Positions 8,943-19,152 of a stretch of DNA of 64,000 nt are shown here, one piece after another. Source of the stretch: Candidatus Omnitrophota bacterium. Its GTDB lineage: Bacteria; Omnitrophota; Gorgyraeia; Gygaellales; Profunditerraquicolaceae. The notes under the pieces were generated by a model, which saw nothing but the letters and a program-made list of their open reading frames with translations, ran no database searches and was not told the origin of the DNA. Where the stretch lies: contig JACQXK010000065.1 of the NCBI GenBank assembly GCA_016208765.1, positions 64,962 to 128,961 on the forward strand. Direction: 5' to 3'. Numbering within the stretch: the first letter of the stretch is position 1; each line of letters starts with the position of its first letter. A program made the translations under genes and the position numbers.

Positions 8943-9987
8943 GAGGATAGTTATAAAGATAGGCTCCAGCTTGTTTTATTCAGACAAGAATAAGCTTGAT
9001 TGCAGCCTTTTGAGCTCTATTGCTGAGCAAATTTCTGAGCTGGTGAATAATGGCAGGGAAATTGTTATTGTTTCCTCGGGAGCAATTGCTTTGGGTATGT
9101 CGGTATTGCATCTGGACTCGCGCCCAAAAGACTTATCTATTTTGCAGGCAGCTGCTGCTATTGGCCAGCATGAATTGATGGATATCTATCGCAGGTTTCT
9201 TAAAGAAAATAATTTGAACTGTGCGCAGATCTTATTGACATGGGATGATTTTGATGACCGCCTGCGTTATTTAAATGCGAAGAATACTATTTTGTCACTT
9301 TTGAAGTTTAAAGCTATTCCGGTAATTAATGAGAATGATACAGTTTCAACTGACGAGATTAAGTTTGGAGATAATGATCGCCTTTCTGCAATGGTTGCGG
9401 CACTTGTGGGGGCGGATCTTTTAATTATTTTATCTGATGTGGACGGGCTCTTGGATAAAGATAGGAAATCCGTAATAAGTTTAGTTGAAAAGATCACTCC
9501 TCAGATCAAATCTCTTGCTTCACCTACGCAGAGAAAAACCAGCGTCGGAGGAATGATCGCAAAAATTGATGCCTGTCGCATTGGGGTTGACTCAGGGATC
9601 CCCTGCGTGATTGCAAACGGCAGAGAAAATAATATTATCAGCCTCTCGGTAAATAACCCTGGGGCCTGCGGCACCTTGTTTTTGCCAAAAAAAGATTATT
9701 TAGCCCAGAGATTGCGCTGGATCGCTTTTAGCGCCAAGCCAAAAGGCAGGATCATTGTTGACGATGGAGCAAAGAATGCCCTTCTAAATAAAAAAAGCCT
9801 TTTGTCTGTGGGCGTTGTTTCATTGCTGGGCGATTTTGAAACAGGGGATATTGTCAGCCTTGTTGATAAGCAGAATTTAGAATTTGCCCGCGGGCAATCC
9901 CGGATCTCAAGCATAGAATTGGAGCGGGTCAAGGGAAGCCGTTTTGACAAAGAAATTGTGCACAGGGATAATATCGTTATATTATGA
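8917..9987 (+). CDS. proB: Glutamate 5-kinase with PUA domain
   Basis: IVIKIGSS, VSSGAIA, INENDTV, FGDNDRLS, C-terminal VHRDN. Confidence 0.95.
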   Translation: MKQLPKVYKRIVIKIGSSLFYSDKNKLDCSLLSSIAEQISELVNNGREIVIVSSGAIALGMSVLHLDSRPKDLSILQAAAAIGQHELMDIYRRFLKENNLNCAQILLTWDDFDDRLRYLNAKNTILSLLKFKAIPVINENDTVSTDEIKFGDNDRLSAMVAALVGADLLIILSDVDGLLDKDRKSVISLVEKITPQIKSLASPTQRKTSVGGMIAKIDACRIGVDSGIPCVIANGRENNIISLSVNNPGACGTLFLPKKDYLAQRLRWIAFSAKPKGRIIVDDGAKNALLNKKSLLSVGVVSLLGDFETGDIVSLVDKQNLEFARGQSRISSIELERVKGSRFDKEIVHRDNIVIL

Positions 9988-11246
9988 AAAATAACTTAAA
10001 ACAAAAGCTCATAAATATTGCCAAGCAGGCGCAGAAGGCAGCCCGGGCATTATCCGGTGTTTCTGAATCGGTTAAGAACGCCTGTTTATTGGATATGGCT
10101 TCAAGCCTGATGGAAAGAAGTGATTTTATTTTAGAGGCTAACAAGAAAGACGTGCGTAAAGCAAAAGCCGAAAAGCAAAAGAAAGCTTTTATTGACCGGC
10201 TCATTCTTGACGAGAAGCGTATCAAAGACATGTCTGATTCTCTGTCTGAGGTTGCAAAATTAAGCGACCCGGTAGGCGAGGTAATAAAAGCTTGGCGCAG
10301 GCCCAATGGCCTTTGGATACATAAAGTGCGGGTCCCGATAGGAGTAATTGCGATTATTTATGAGTCGCGTCCTAACGTAACCTCAGATTGCGTCGGGCTT
10401 ACTTTTAAATCGGGTAACAGCGTGATTCTGCGCGGAGGCAGTGAGTCTTTAAATTCAAATTTAGCTATTTTTGAAGTGCTTGAAGCAGTGTTGAAAAAGC
10501 ACGGCTTTGGCGAAGGGGTTATAAATATCGTTGATACAACTGACAGGCGCGCGATAGATGAGTTATTGAAGCTGCATGAATATATTGATGTAGTTATTCC
10601 GCGCGGGGGAGAAGGATTGATTAAGCGGGTAGTGGAATCGTCGCTTATTCCGGTGATCAAACACTATAAAGGTATTTGCCATGTTTATGTGGATGAATGG
10701 GCTGATTTAAATATGGCGCAGAATATCTGCTTTAATGCCAAGGTTCAGCGCCCCGGAGTATGTAATGCCATGGAGAGCATGCTTGTGAATCATGACGTGG
10801 CGGCAAGGTTTTTACCGGGGATGTTGAAGAAATTCAAGCAGGCAGGCGTTGAAATCCGCGGCTGCGAAATGACCCGCAAACTTGCAAAAGGCGTAAAAAA
10901 GGCAAGCAGCAAGGATTATGCAACTGAATATCTTGATTTGATCCTTTCTGTCAAAGTGGTTAAAGACATTCAGGAAGCCATTGATCATATTAATTGTTAT
11001 GGTTCGCGACATTCGGACAGCATTGTTACAGAGAACTATGAAAATGCGATGTTCTTTTTAAAGCAGGTTGATTCTGCCTGTGTTTATGTGAATGCTTCAA
11101 CGCGGTTTACCGACGGATATCAATTTGGATTAGGCGCTGAAATCGGGATCTCCACAGATAAACTGCATGCTCGTGGCCCGATGGCTCTTGAAGAACTGAC
11201 TACTTACAAATATATGGTGTTTGGTAACGGGCAAATAAGGGTATAA
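9984..11246 (+). CDS. proA: Glutamate-5-semialdehyde dehydrogenase
   Basis: IYESRPNVT, CNAME, NASTRFTDG, EIGISTDKLHARGPM. Confidence 0.97.
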   Translation: MKNNLKQKLINIAKQAQKAARALSGVSESVKNACLLDMASSLMERSDFILEANKKDVRKAKAEKQKKAFIDRLILDEKRIKDMSDSLSEVAKLSDPVGEVIKAWRRPNGLWIHKVRVPIGVIAIIYESRPNVTSDCVGLTFKSGNSVILRGGSESLNSNLAIFEVLEAVLKKHGFGEGVINIVDTTDRRAIDELLKLHEYIDVVIPRGGEGLIKRVVESSLIPVIKHYKGICHVYVDEWADLNMAQNICFNAKVQRPGVCNAMESMLVNHDVAARFLPGMLKKFKQAGVEIRGCEMTRKLAKGVKKASSKDYATEYLDLILSVKVVKDIQEAIDHINCYGSRHSDSIVTENYENAMFFLKQVDSACVYVNASTRFTDGYQFGLGAEIGISTDKLHARGPMALEELTTYKYMVFGNGQIRV

Positions 11247-11247
11247 A

Positions 11248-11814
11248 ATGAAAATTGGTATTTTAGGCGGGACATTTAATCCGGTTCATATAGGGCATTT
11301 GATTTTAGCTGAAGAAGCCCGTGAGAAATTAGGGTTGGATAAAATTATTTTTGTTCCTGCGTTCCTGCCGCCGCATAAGGATGGCTCTGATGTGGCCCTT
11401 GCTAAACACAGGTTTAGTATGGTTAAGCTTGCGATTAAGGGCAATAAGTATTTTGTTGCCTCTGATATAGAAATAAAACGGGACGGGCGTTCATATACGA
11501 TTGATACAATTAAAGGATTTAAAAATAAATTTCCGCATGACGAGCTTTATTTTATTATTGGCTCAGATCTTTTAAAATATCTTGATGAGTGGAAAGACTT
11601 AAACGAAATCATAAAACTGGTTCGTTTCGTCGCAGCTACCCGCCCGGGATATCCTTTGGATAAGATCCCTTCTTACATTACCACTTTGCCGATAAGAGCA
11701 GTGGATGTATCGGCATTTGAGGTGCGTGAGTGTATCAGGGGGGATAAGTCGTTTCGTTATCTTGTGCCGGAAGCAGTGTTTGATTATATTAACAAACAAG
11801 GGCTTTACCAATGA
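11248..11814 (+). CDS. nadD: Nicotinate-nucleotide adenylyltransferase
   Basis: GGTFNPVHIGH, PPHK, SYTIDT, IIGSD. Confidence 0.95.
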   Translation: MKIGILGGTFNPVHIGHLILAEEAREKLGLDKIIFVPAFLPPHKDGSDVALAKHRFSMVKLAIKGNKYFVASDIEIKRDGRSYTIDTIKGFKNKFPHDELYFIIGSDLLKYLDEWKDLNEIIKLVRFVAATRPGYPLDKIPSYITTLPIRAVDVSAFEVRECIRGDKSFRYLVPEAVFDYINKQGLYQ

Positions 11815-12455
11815 AAATAAAAGTTGCGCCTTCAATTTTGTCTGCTGATTTTAGCTGCCTGGCAGAAGAAGTTAAGAGGGTAGAGAATGCCGGTGCGGAT
11901 TTGATCCACGTGGATGTGATGGACGGTCATTTTGTTCCAAATATTACCATCGGCCCGCTTGTAGTCAGGGCGCTGCGTAAAATTACCGCGCTTCCTTTGG
12001 ATGTGCATCTTATGATTGAAAATCCTCAGAAGTACGTTGATAGGTTTATTGAAGCGGGAAGCAATATGATTACTATGCACATTGAGACCATTGATGTTGG
12101 GTCTTTTAAAAAACTGGCCGGGGATTTAAGAAATAGAAAAGTTTTAACAGGTGTTTCATTAAATCCTGATACCGGCCTTGAGAAAATTAAACCTGTGCTT
12201 GGTGATGTGGATTTTGTTCTGGTGATGTCTGTTTTTCCTGGGTTTGGAGGACAGGAATTTATCCAGGCCTCAGTTGAAAAGATTAAACAGCTTCGCGCGA
12301 TTTTTAAGGGAGATATATCTGTTGACGGAGGTATCAACGATAATACAGCAAAACAAGCAATTGCAGCAGGAGCAAATATTCTTGCCGCAGGTTCCTATAT
12401 TTTCGCAGCAAAAGACGTTAAACAAGCGATAGAAAGGATAAGGCATGGCAACTAA
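11811..12455 (+). CDS. rpe: Ribulose-phosphate 3-epimerase
   Basis: APSILSADF, HVDVMDGHFVPN, DVHLM, PGFGGQ, VDGG. Confidence 0.97.
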   Translation: MKIKVAPSILSADFSCLAEEVKRVENAGADLIHVDVMDGHFVPNITIGPLVVRALRKITALPLDVHLMIENPQKYVDRFIEAGSNMITMHIETIDVGSFKKLAGDLRNRKVLTGVSLNPDTGLEKIKPVLGDVDFVLVMSVFPGFGGQEFIQASVEKIKQLRAIFKGDISVDGGINDNTAKQAIAAGANILAAGSYIFAAKDVKQAIERIRHGN

Positions 12456-13827
12456 TAAAGAAATTTCATTCGGGACTGACGGCTGGAGAGGCATTATTGC
12501 CGATAACTATACTTTTAAAAACCTGAAAATTGTTTCTCAGGCAGTAGCTGACTATATGGGTAGCGGTAAGAAAATCGTAGTCGGATTTGATACTCGCTTT
12601 ATGTCGGGAATATTCGCCCAGATTGCGGCAAATGTGTTTAGTGCCAATGGAATGGAGGTTGTTCTTTCTGACCGCCCTACTCCGACGCCTACTTTAAGTT
12701 TTGCCGTAAAAACCAAGAAATTTGATTTAGGTATTATGATTACCGCATCGCATAATCCTGCTGAATATAATGGTTTTAAAATTAAAAATGCATCCGGAGG
12801 CGCTGCTGCAAAGGAAGTAACCAATGCGGTTGAGACCTTATTGGGAAAGAGCCCTGTAAAAGATGGGCCTTCTGAGCAAACACCAGTGAAAAAAGAAGAT
12901 TTAACCAAGGCATATGTGAAATTTATCCGTTCATACATTGACCTAAAGAAGATCAAGTCAAAAAAGTTTAAGGTGTTGGTGGATTCTATGTATGGTTCAG
13001 GAGACAGCTTTATTGCCGAAGTGCTCAAGGGGACGAATATAAAACTTGAGTTTATGCGTAACACTATTAACCCTTCATTTGACGGGAAGCGCCCGGAGCC
13101 GGTGGAGGATAATTTGAGTGTATTAAAAGAAAGAGTAAAAAAGGAGAAATTTGATTTAGGAATTGCCCTTGATGGAGATGCAGACAGGATTGCGGCAGTT
13201 GCTCCCGGAGGAGTTTTTATCCATCCGCAAAAAATACTGGGTTTACTCGCTTTGCATTTAAATCAGGACAGGGGTTGGAGCGGCGGGATCGTAAAGACGA
13301 TCTGCGGCACGACCATGATTGATAATATTGCAAGTTTCTTGAATGTAAAATTATATGAGACTCCTGTTGGTTTTAAATATATTTCCAATCTTATGGAAAC
13401 ACAAGATGTAGTCGCCGGTGGAGAGGAAGCAGGCGGCATGGGCGTAAAAGGGTATATTCCCGAGAGAGATGGCACAGTAGCGGGTTTATTGCTTTTAGAA
13501 ATGATGGTTTATCGCAACAAAGATATTTTAAAGATTTTAAATGAGACTGAAAAGAAATTTGGCAAATATTATTATGTGCGCGATGATCTGCATTTATCGC
13601 ACAGGGTTGAGCCAAAGAAAGAAAATTTACCTACTGAATTACTGGGGAAAAAAGTTATTGAAATTAAAGATTATGATGGAATTAAGCTGATTTGCGAAGA
13701 CCAGAGCTGGCTTATGTTCCGTGGTTCAGGGACAGAGCCGATCATGCGCTTGTATGCTGAAGCAAAAAGTTTAATTCAGGCAAAGAAACTTTTAGCGCTT
13801 GGCAGGGAAATTATCCTTAAGGAATGA
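12445..13827 (+). CDS. Phosphoglucomutase/phosphomannomutase family protein
   Basis: FGTDGWRG, TASHNP, DGDADR, GEE, RGSGTEP. Confidence 0.93.
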   Translation: MATNKEISFGTDGWRGIIADNYTFKNLKIVSQAVADYMGSGKKIVVGFDTRFMSGIFAQIAANVFSANGMEVVLSDRPTPTPTLSFAVKTKKFDLGIMITASHNPAEYNGFKIKNASGGAAAKEVTNAVETLLGKSPVKDGPSEQTPVKKEDLTKAYVKFIRSYIDLKKIKSKKFKVLVDSMYGSGDSFIAEVLKGTNIKLEFMRNTINPSFDGKRPEPVEDNLSVLKERVKKEKFDLGIALDGDADRIAAVAPGGVFIHPQKILGLLALHLNQDRGWSGGIVKTICGTTMIDNIASFLNVKLYETPVGFKYISNLMETQDVVAGGEEAGGMGVKGYIPERDGTVAGLLLLEMMVYRNKDILKILNETEKKFGKYYYVRDDLHLSHRVEPKKENLPTELLGKKVIEIKDYDGIKLICEDQSWLMFRGSGTEPIMRLYAEAKSLIQAKKLLALGREIILKE

Positions 13828-14432
13828 TTTATAGTATTTCAAAATTTATTTTTTTTGTTCTTTGTAAATTATTTTTTGGGGTGACGGCAGAAGGCGTAGA
13901 GCATATCCCCAAGAAAAGCGGTTTTATTTTGGCAAGTAACCATGTCAGTTATCTTGACCCGGCGTTAGTTGGTATATTTTGTTCAAAACGCCTGAGTTTC
14001 ATGGCACGGGAAAGCCTTTTTGAAAATCCGGTTTTAGGATGGTGGTGTTCTGCTGTCGGGGTCATCCCAATAAAAAGAAATACTGCGGACTTAAGCGCTT
14101 TAAAAGAGGCAATGCGCCGCCTTAAAAACGGTGAAGGCATAGTTTTGTTTCCTGAGGGGACACGTCAGCATAATGGGGGATCTTTTGGCAAGCCTCTTGC
14201 AGGAGTAGGATTTTTGGCAGAGAAGCTTGGTTCTCCGGTTGTTCCGGTTTATGTTCAGGGATCTGAAAATGCCGCGCCGAAAGGGACAAAATTATTCCGG
14301 ATTACTAAAATTAGTGTTTATTATGGCAAGCCTTTTTATGTTAAAGAAGGTATGGAACATCAACAAGCGGCAGATTTGATTATGGGTGAAATTAAACAAC
14401 TTGCTGCTTTGCATCAACAGAAGGTACAATAA
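13824..14432 (+). CDS. plsC: 1-acyl-sn-glycerol-3-phosphate acyltransferase
   Basis: NHVSYLD (HX4D) and FPEGTR motifs. Confidence 0.9.
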   Translation: MIYSISKFIFFVLCKLFFGVTAEGVEHIPKKSGFILASNHVSYLDPALVGIFCSKRLSFMARESLFENPVLGWWCSAVGVIPIKRNTADLSALKEAMRRLKNGEGIVLFPEGTRQHNGGSFGKPLAGVGFLAEKLGSPVVPVYVQGSENAAPKGTKLFRITKISVYYGKPFYVKEGMEHQQAADLIMGEIKQLAALHQQKVQ

Positions 14433-14474
14433 AATTCCTAATGAAGGGGGGTTTTAAACAAGTTCAGTGTTGGG

Positions 14475-14517
14475 AAAAATAAAAATTAAAAATAAAATAA
14501 AATAAAATAAAAATAAA
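14475..14517 (+). repeat. A4-5T tandem repeat in the rpsA 5' leader
   Basis: AAAAAT AAAAATT AAAAAT AAAAT AAAAT AAAAT AAAAAT AAA directly before the GGAGAG RBS. Confidence 0.85.
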
Positions 14518-14531
14518 GGAGAGTTATTAAA

Positions 14532-16073
14532 ATGGCAACTGTAAAGAGTGAATTAGAGGAGTTGTATAATCAAAGTATTAAGCTAATAAAAGAGGGCCAG
14601 GTGGTAACTGGCAAGATCGTTTCTATAAGGCCAAAAGAGGTTTTGGTTGATGTCGGGTTTAAATCAGAAGGCGTTGTCCCGATCACCGAGTTTACACAAG
14701 GCGATTTGGAAGTCGGTAAGGAAGTAGAATTCTTGATTGATTCTATTGAAAACGATGCCGGGATGATCGTGTTATCCCGTGAAAAGGCTGTGCGTATGCA
14801 GGGTTGGGACAAGATTGTAAAATTGTCTCAAGAAGGCGAACTGGTTGAGGGAAGGCCTGTAAAGAAGGTAAAGGGCGGGTTCCTTGTAGAGGTAATGGGA
14901 ATTGAAGGATTCTTACCGTCTTCACTTTCTGCATTTAAGGGAGTGTCTGAAAGAGACATTCTTTTTAAATATTTTAAGTTTAAGATCGTAAAGATCAATA
15001 ACTTAAGAAGAAGCCTTATTGTCAGCCGTCGCGAAGCAGTGCAAAAAGAAAAAGAAGTAGCTAAGGACAAGATTTGGCAGGATCTAAAGATTGGCCAGAA
15101 TTATCCCGGCACTGTTAAAGCAATTACTGATTTCGGAGCTTTTATTGATTTGGGCGGAGTGGACGGGCTATTGCATATTACTGATATGTCGTGGTCAAAG
15201 ATTGCTCATCCATCTGAGATTGTGGCAATTGGAGATAAGATTGAAGTAATGGTGTTGAACTTGGATAAAGAATCAGGAAAGGTTTCTCTGGGGCTCAAGC
15301 AAAGGCTTCCTGATCCCTGGCAGGATATTGCAAACAAGTTTAATGTGGGATTGAAGATCAAGGGTAAGGTTGTAAATATTTTGCCTTACGGAGTTTTTGT
15401 GGAATTGGAAAAGGGGATTGAAGGCTTGATCCATGTTTCTGAGATTTCCTGGACCAAGAGAGTGAATAATCCGGGCGAAATGTTTGCTATCGGAGACATG
15501 GTAGAAACGCAGGTTTTAAGTATTGATAAAGATGGCCGCAGGATTTCACTTAGCTTAAAGCAGCTTGAATCAAATCCGTGGATTGATGCGGAATCAAAGT
15601 ATCCGGTGGGCACAAAAATAAGCGGTAAGGTCAGAGGTTTTACTGAATATGGCGCTTTTGTGGAATTAGACAGCAACCTTGAAGGGATGATCCACGTTTC
15701 CGATCTTTCATGGACAAAGCGTGTGCCGCATCCTCAGAATGTTTTGAAAAAAGGGCAAAAGGTTGATGTGGTTGTGCTTTCTGTTGATTCTCAGAATCGC
15801 AGGATTGCTCTTGGCCTTAAACAGCTGCAGCCTAATCCATGGGTTGAAATCGCTGCAAAATACCCGCTGGATACAGTTTTAGAGGCTGAGGTTGTAAGTG
15901 TTACTGAGTTTGGTGTGTTTGTCAAGATTGAAGACGAACTTGAAGGCTTGATTTATGCCAGCGAGATTGACAAAGATGCCGCGGCAAAGTTGAATGCCGG
16001 GGAGACAATTAAGGTCAAGGTAATTAAGGTTGATGTGGAACAGGCAAAAATCGGCCTGACCTCAAAAATATAA
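14532..16073 (+). CDS. rpsA: 30S ribosomal protein bS1
   Basis: Six S1 repeats (e.g. FGAFIDLGGVDGLLHITDMSW, GIEGLIHVSEISW). Confidence 0.96.
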   Translation: MATVKSELEELYNQSIKLIKEGQVVTGKIVSIRPKEVLVDVGFKSEGVVPITEFTQGDLEVGKEVEFLIDSIENDAGMIVLSREKAVRMQGWDKIVKLSQEGELVEGRPVKKVKGGFLVEVMGIEGFLPSSLSAFKGVSERDILFKYFKFKIVKINNLRRSLIVSRREAVQKEKEVAKDKIWQDLKIGQNYPGTVKAITDFGAFIDLGGVDGLLHITDMSWSKIAHPSEIVAIGDKIEVMVLNLDKESGKVSLGLKQRLPDPWQDIANKFNVGLKIKGKVVNILPYGVFVELEKGIEGLIHVSEISWTKRVNNPGEMFAIGDMVETQVLSIDKDGRRISLSLKQLESNPWIDAESKYPVGTKISGKVRGFTEYGAFVELDSNLEGMIHVSDLSWTKRVPHPQNVLKKGQKVDVVVLSVDSQNRRIALGLKQLQPNPWVEIAAKYPLDTVLEAEVVSVTEFGVFVKIEDELEGLIYASEIDKDAAAKLNAGETIKVKVIKVDVEQAKIGLTSKI

Positions 16074-16089
16074 AAGGTAATTGAGTTAT

Positions 16090-17256
16090 ATGGATATTGA
16101 AAAACAATTAGAGATAATTAAGCGCGGGGCTGCGGGAATAATTTCTGAAGCTGAATTAAGAAAGAAGTTAGAGCTAAGCCTAAAATCAAATAAGCCGCTT
16201 GTGATTAAGGCTGGATTTGATCCGACAGCCCCGGATATCCATTTGGGGCATACCGTGCTTCTGAGGAAGCTGCGGCAGTTCCAGGATTTAGGCCATCAGG
16301 TAGTTTTTTTAATTGGTGATTTTACAGCCCGGATAGGGGATCCTACCGGAAGAAACGAGAAAAGAAAACAGTTGAATAAAGAGGATGTTCTAAAAAACTC
16401 CGAGACTTATAAAAAGCAGGTTTCTAAAATCCTTGATTTGTCAAAACTTAAAATAGTATTTAACAGCGAATGGTTTGAACAGATGTCGGTTTTGGATATT
16501 CTTCACTTAACGACCCACGCCACTGTTTCTCAGATTCTTGCAAGAGAAGATTTCAGGAATCGCATGGCAAAGAATGAGGATATTTCGGTAACTGAATTTA
16601 TGTACCCTTTATTGCAGGGTTATGATTCGGTCAAACTTTCAGCTGATATTGAGCTTGGAGGCACTGACCAGATTTTTAATCTTCTAATGGGTCGCGACAT
16701 CCAGAAAGACCTAATGCTTGAGCAGCAGGTAGTCATTACTATGCCGCTATTAGAGGGCACAGACGGCGTGCAGAAGATGAGCAAATCCTTTGGTAATTAT
16801 ATCGGCATCAATGAGGCGCCTGGTGAGATGTTTGGTAAGATCATGTCCATTTCCGACGAGTTGATGCATAAATATTATACGCTTCTTACTGATGAAGACT
16901 TGGCAGATATTAAAGCCATGCACCCTAAAGAGGCAAAGTTAAAACTTGCTCAAATGATCGTTGCTCAGTATCATGGTGTGGATGCCGGAGTAAAGGCAAA
17001 GGAGGGATTTGAGCAGGTCTTTAGCCAAAAAGAACTGCCTCAGGATATGCCTGCGTATCAACTTAAAGAAAAGCAAAATGTATTGGATGTTATCATTGAA
17101 AATCATTTGGTTTCTTCTAAGAATGAAGCAAGGCGCCTGATTGCGCAGGGAGGGGTTTATTTAGACGGAGAGCGCATTGATAAAGAAGATGTTGTTTTAG
17201 ATAAGCCGGGAGTGCTTAAGGTAGGGAAAAGGCGGTTTCTGAAACTGGAAATTTAA
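16090..17256 (+). CDS. tyrS: Tyrosine--tRNA ligase
   Basis: GFDPTAPDIHLGH, YPLLQGYD, GGTDQ, KMSKS, C-terminal S4-like domain; ATG at 16090. Confidence 0.96.
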   Translation: MDIEKQLEIIKRGAAGIISEAELRKKLELSLKSNKPLVIKAGFDPTAPDIHLGHTVLLRKLRQFQDLGHQVVFLIGDFTARIGDPTGRNEKRKQLNKEDVLKNSETYKKQVSKILDLSKLKIVFNSEWFEQMSVLDILHLTTHATVSQILAREDFRNRMAKNEDISVTEFMYPLLQGYDSVKLSADIELGGTDQIFNLLMGRDIQKDLMLEQQVVITMPLLEGTDGVQKMSKSFGNYIGINEAPGEMFGKIMSISDELMHKYYTLLTDEDLADIKAMHPKEAKLKLAQMIVAQYHGVDAGVKAKEGFEQVFSQKELPQDMPAYQLKEKQNVLDVIIENHLVSSKNEARRLIAQGGVYLDGERIDKEDVVLDKPGVLKVGKRRFLKLEI

Positions 17257-18270
17257 TTGCGCATGAGAACAAATACTGGTTACTCAGTGGATGAGTTTAA
17301 CCGCCTGATTATTAGGCGCAAAAATAAAAAGTTAGTTGCCGACGGAAGGTTTTCCTTGGATAAAAATAACCGGCTTTCTTACTGGCTTAATGAACCTGAA
17401 TCGTGGATTAAAGAAAACAGCCTTTCAAGAAAGGTTTCCTTTAAAGGCTTCTGGCAGCTTGATTCAAATCACGATTTGGTTTTAAACTTATCAAAGTCTG
17501 CGCAGACAAAAGCTGGTTATCTTGTTCTTAAGGGTAATATTATCTCTGCGCAAAATAATATCTTAGCTTTTGAAATAGCAAGTTTGGATAAACGCGGCAA
17601 TTCACATATACAGATTTTACAGTTAGGCGGTTATTGGCAGCAGGATGCTTTTAACCGCCTTTGTTTTGTGCTTTCTAAGAAACTTTCTCCTGATATATTG
17701 GTTTTTGAAGGTGCCTGGGAATTGGATAAAAACCAACAGATAGTTTACTCATACCAAAAAACTCAGCTTAAGAGAAAAACAAAAGTAGTACACACGCTTT
17801 CTTTCTCGGGATACTGGCAAATTACTCAAAAAAATAGGCTCGTTTATATTTTATCCAGAAATTCCAATTCACAGTTTACTTTTTGCGTTCAACTGGATTC
17901 TCCTAATATTTATCCGCAGGACGGTTTGATCAAATACCGTTTAGGCATAGGTATAAAAGGCAGCAAGCTTTATAAAGATAGAAGTATTATTCTTTACGGC
18001 AGTTGGAAATTTAGCCGAGCGCTGGGTTTGATTTTTGAGATAGATTATGGCCCCGGTAAAAACAGGGCAATTGATTTTGGAATTGAAGCTACTTTAACCA
18101 AAAAAGATAAAGTTGTTTGCATGTTAAAGAATAAAAAAGGGGAGCGTTTGGGGATTAGCATAACTCTTACGCATAAACTTCTTAGAAGTAATGATGCTCA
18201 GGCGTTTATAAGGTTAAAGTGTTTAGAAGAGGAGTCAGGGATAGAGGCAGGAGTTGAGGTGCCTTTTTAA
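17257..18270 (+). CDS. Hypothetical beta-repeat protein
   Basis: 337 aa ORF with repeated G-x-W-x-x-D-x-x-N-x-L motif; start may be ATG at 17263. Confidence 0.7.
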   Translation: MRMRTNTGYSVDEFNRLIIRRKNKKLVADGRFSLDKNNRLSYWLNEPESWIKENSLSRKVSFKGFWQLDSNHDLVLNLSKSAQTKAGYLVLKGNIISAQNNILAFEIASLDKRGNSHIQILQLGGYWQQDAFNRLCFVLSKKLSPDILVFEGAWELDKNQQIVYSYQKTQLKRKTKVVHTLSFSGYWQITQKNRLVYILSRNSNSQFTFCVQLDSPNIYPQDGLIKYRLGIGIKGSKLYKDRSIILYGSWKFSRALGLIFEIDYGPGKNRAIDFGIEATLTKKDKVVCMLKNKKGERLGISITLTHKLLRSNDAQAFIRLKCLEEESGIEAGVEVPF

Positions 18271-18282
18271 AGGAGACATGAA

Positions 18283-19152
18283 ATGAAAGGGATAATTTTA
18301 GCAGGTGGAAAAGCTACGCGGTTATATCCGATCACCAAGGGTGTTTGTAAACAATTGCTGCCGGTGTATGATAAGCCGATGATTTATTATCCGCTTTCTG
18401 TGTTGATGTTAGCCGGGATAACAGAGATATTAGTGATTTCAACTCCAAAAGATTTGCCGCGTTTTCAGGATCTGTTAGGCGACGGAAGCGAATTGGGCCT
18501 TAAAATATCTTATGCCGGACAGCCAAAACCTGCAGGAATAGCCCAAAGTTTTATTATTGCAGAAGAATTTATCGGCAAGGACAAGGTTTGTTTAATTTTA
18601 GGGGATAATATCTTTTTCGGGCATAACCTGACTCAATTACTTAGCGAAGCTGCAGCGCTAAAGGATGGTGCCTGTATTTTTGGTTACTATGTTAAAGACC
18701 CTCAGCGTTACGGGGTGGTTGAGTTTGACAAAAAGTGCAGGGTAATTTCTATTGAAGAAAAGCCAAAGAAACCCAAATCCAAGTGGGCAGTATCCGGGCT
18801 TTATTTTTACGATAACAAAGTTGTTGATATAGCAAAGAAGGTTAAGCCTTCAGCAAGAGGAGAATTGGAAATTACTTCGGTAAATAACGCCTATATTAAA
18901 ATGGGTAAATTAAAGGCAAAGTTTCTCGGCCGAGGGCATGCCTGGCTTGATACGGGAACATATGATTCTTTGATTGATGCCTCAACATTTATCAAAACTA
19001 TTGAGGAGAGGCAGGGGCTAAAGGTGGGCTGTGTTGAAGAGATCGCATATCGTTCTGGATACATTAATAAAAATAAATTACTCAAGCTTGCACAGAAGAT
19101 CCCTACATCTTACGGTGAATATCTAAAAAGGCTGATACAAGATGAAATCTAA
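18283..19152 (+). CDS. rfbA: Glucose-1-phosphate thymidylyltransferase
   Basis: [37 protein letters not shown]. Confidence 0.96.
   Translation: MKGIILAGGKATRLYPITKGVCKQLLPVYDKPMIYYPLSVLMLAGITEILVISTPKDLPRFQDLLGDGSELGLKISYAGQPKPAGIAQSFIIAEEFIGKDKVCLILGDNIFFGHNLTQLLSEAAALKDGACIFGYYVKDPQRYGVVEFDKKCRVISIEEKPKKPKSKWAVSGLYFYDNKVVDIAKKVKPSARGELEITSVNNAYIKMGKLKAKFLGRGHAWLDTGTYDSLIDASTFIKTIEERQGLKVGCVEEIAYRSGYINKNKLLKLAQKIPTSYGEYLKRLIQDEI

Noticed and set aside
13849-13856. Homopolymer tracts as phase-variation sites (e.g. T8 in plsC)
   Set aside because: Such A/T runs are expected at this base composition, frames are intact and no long G/C tracts were seen
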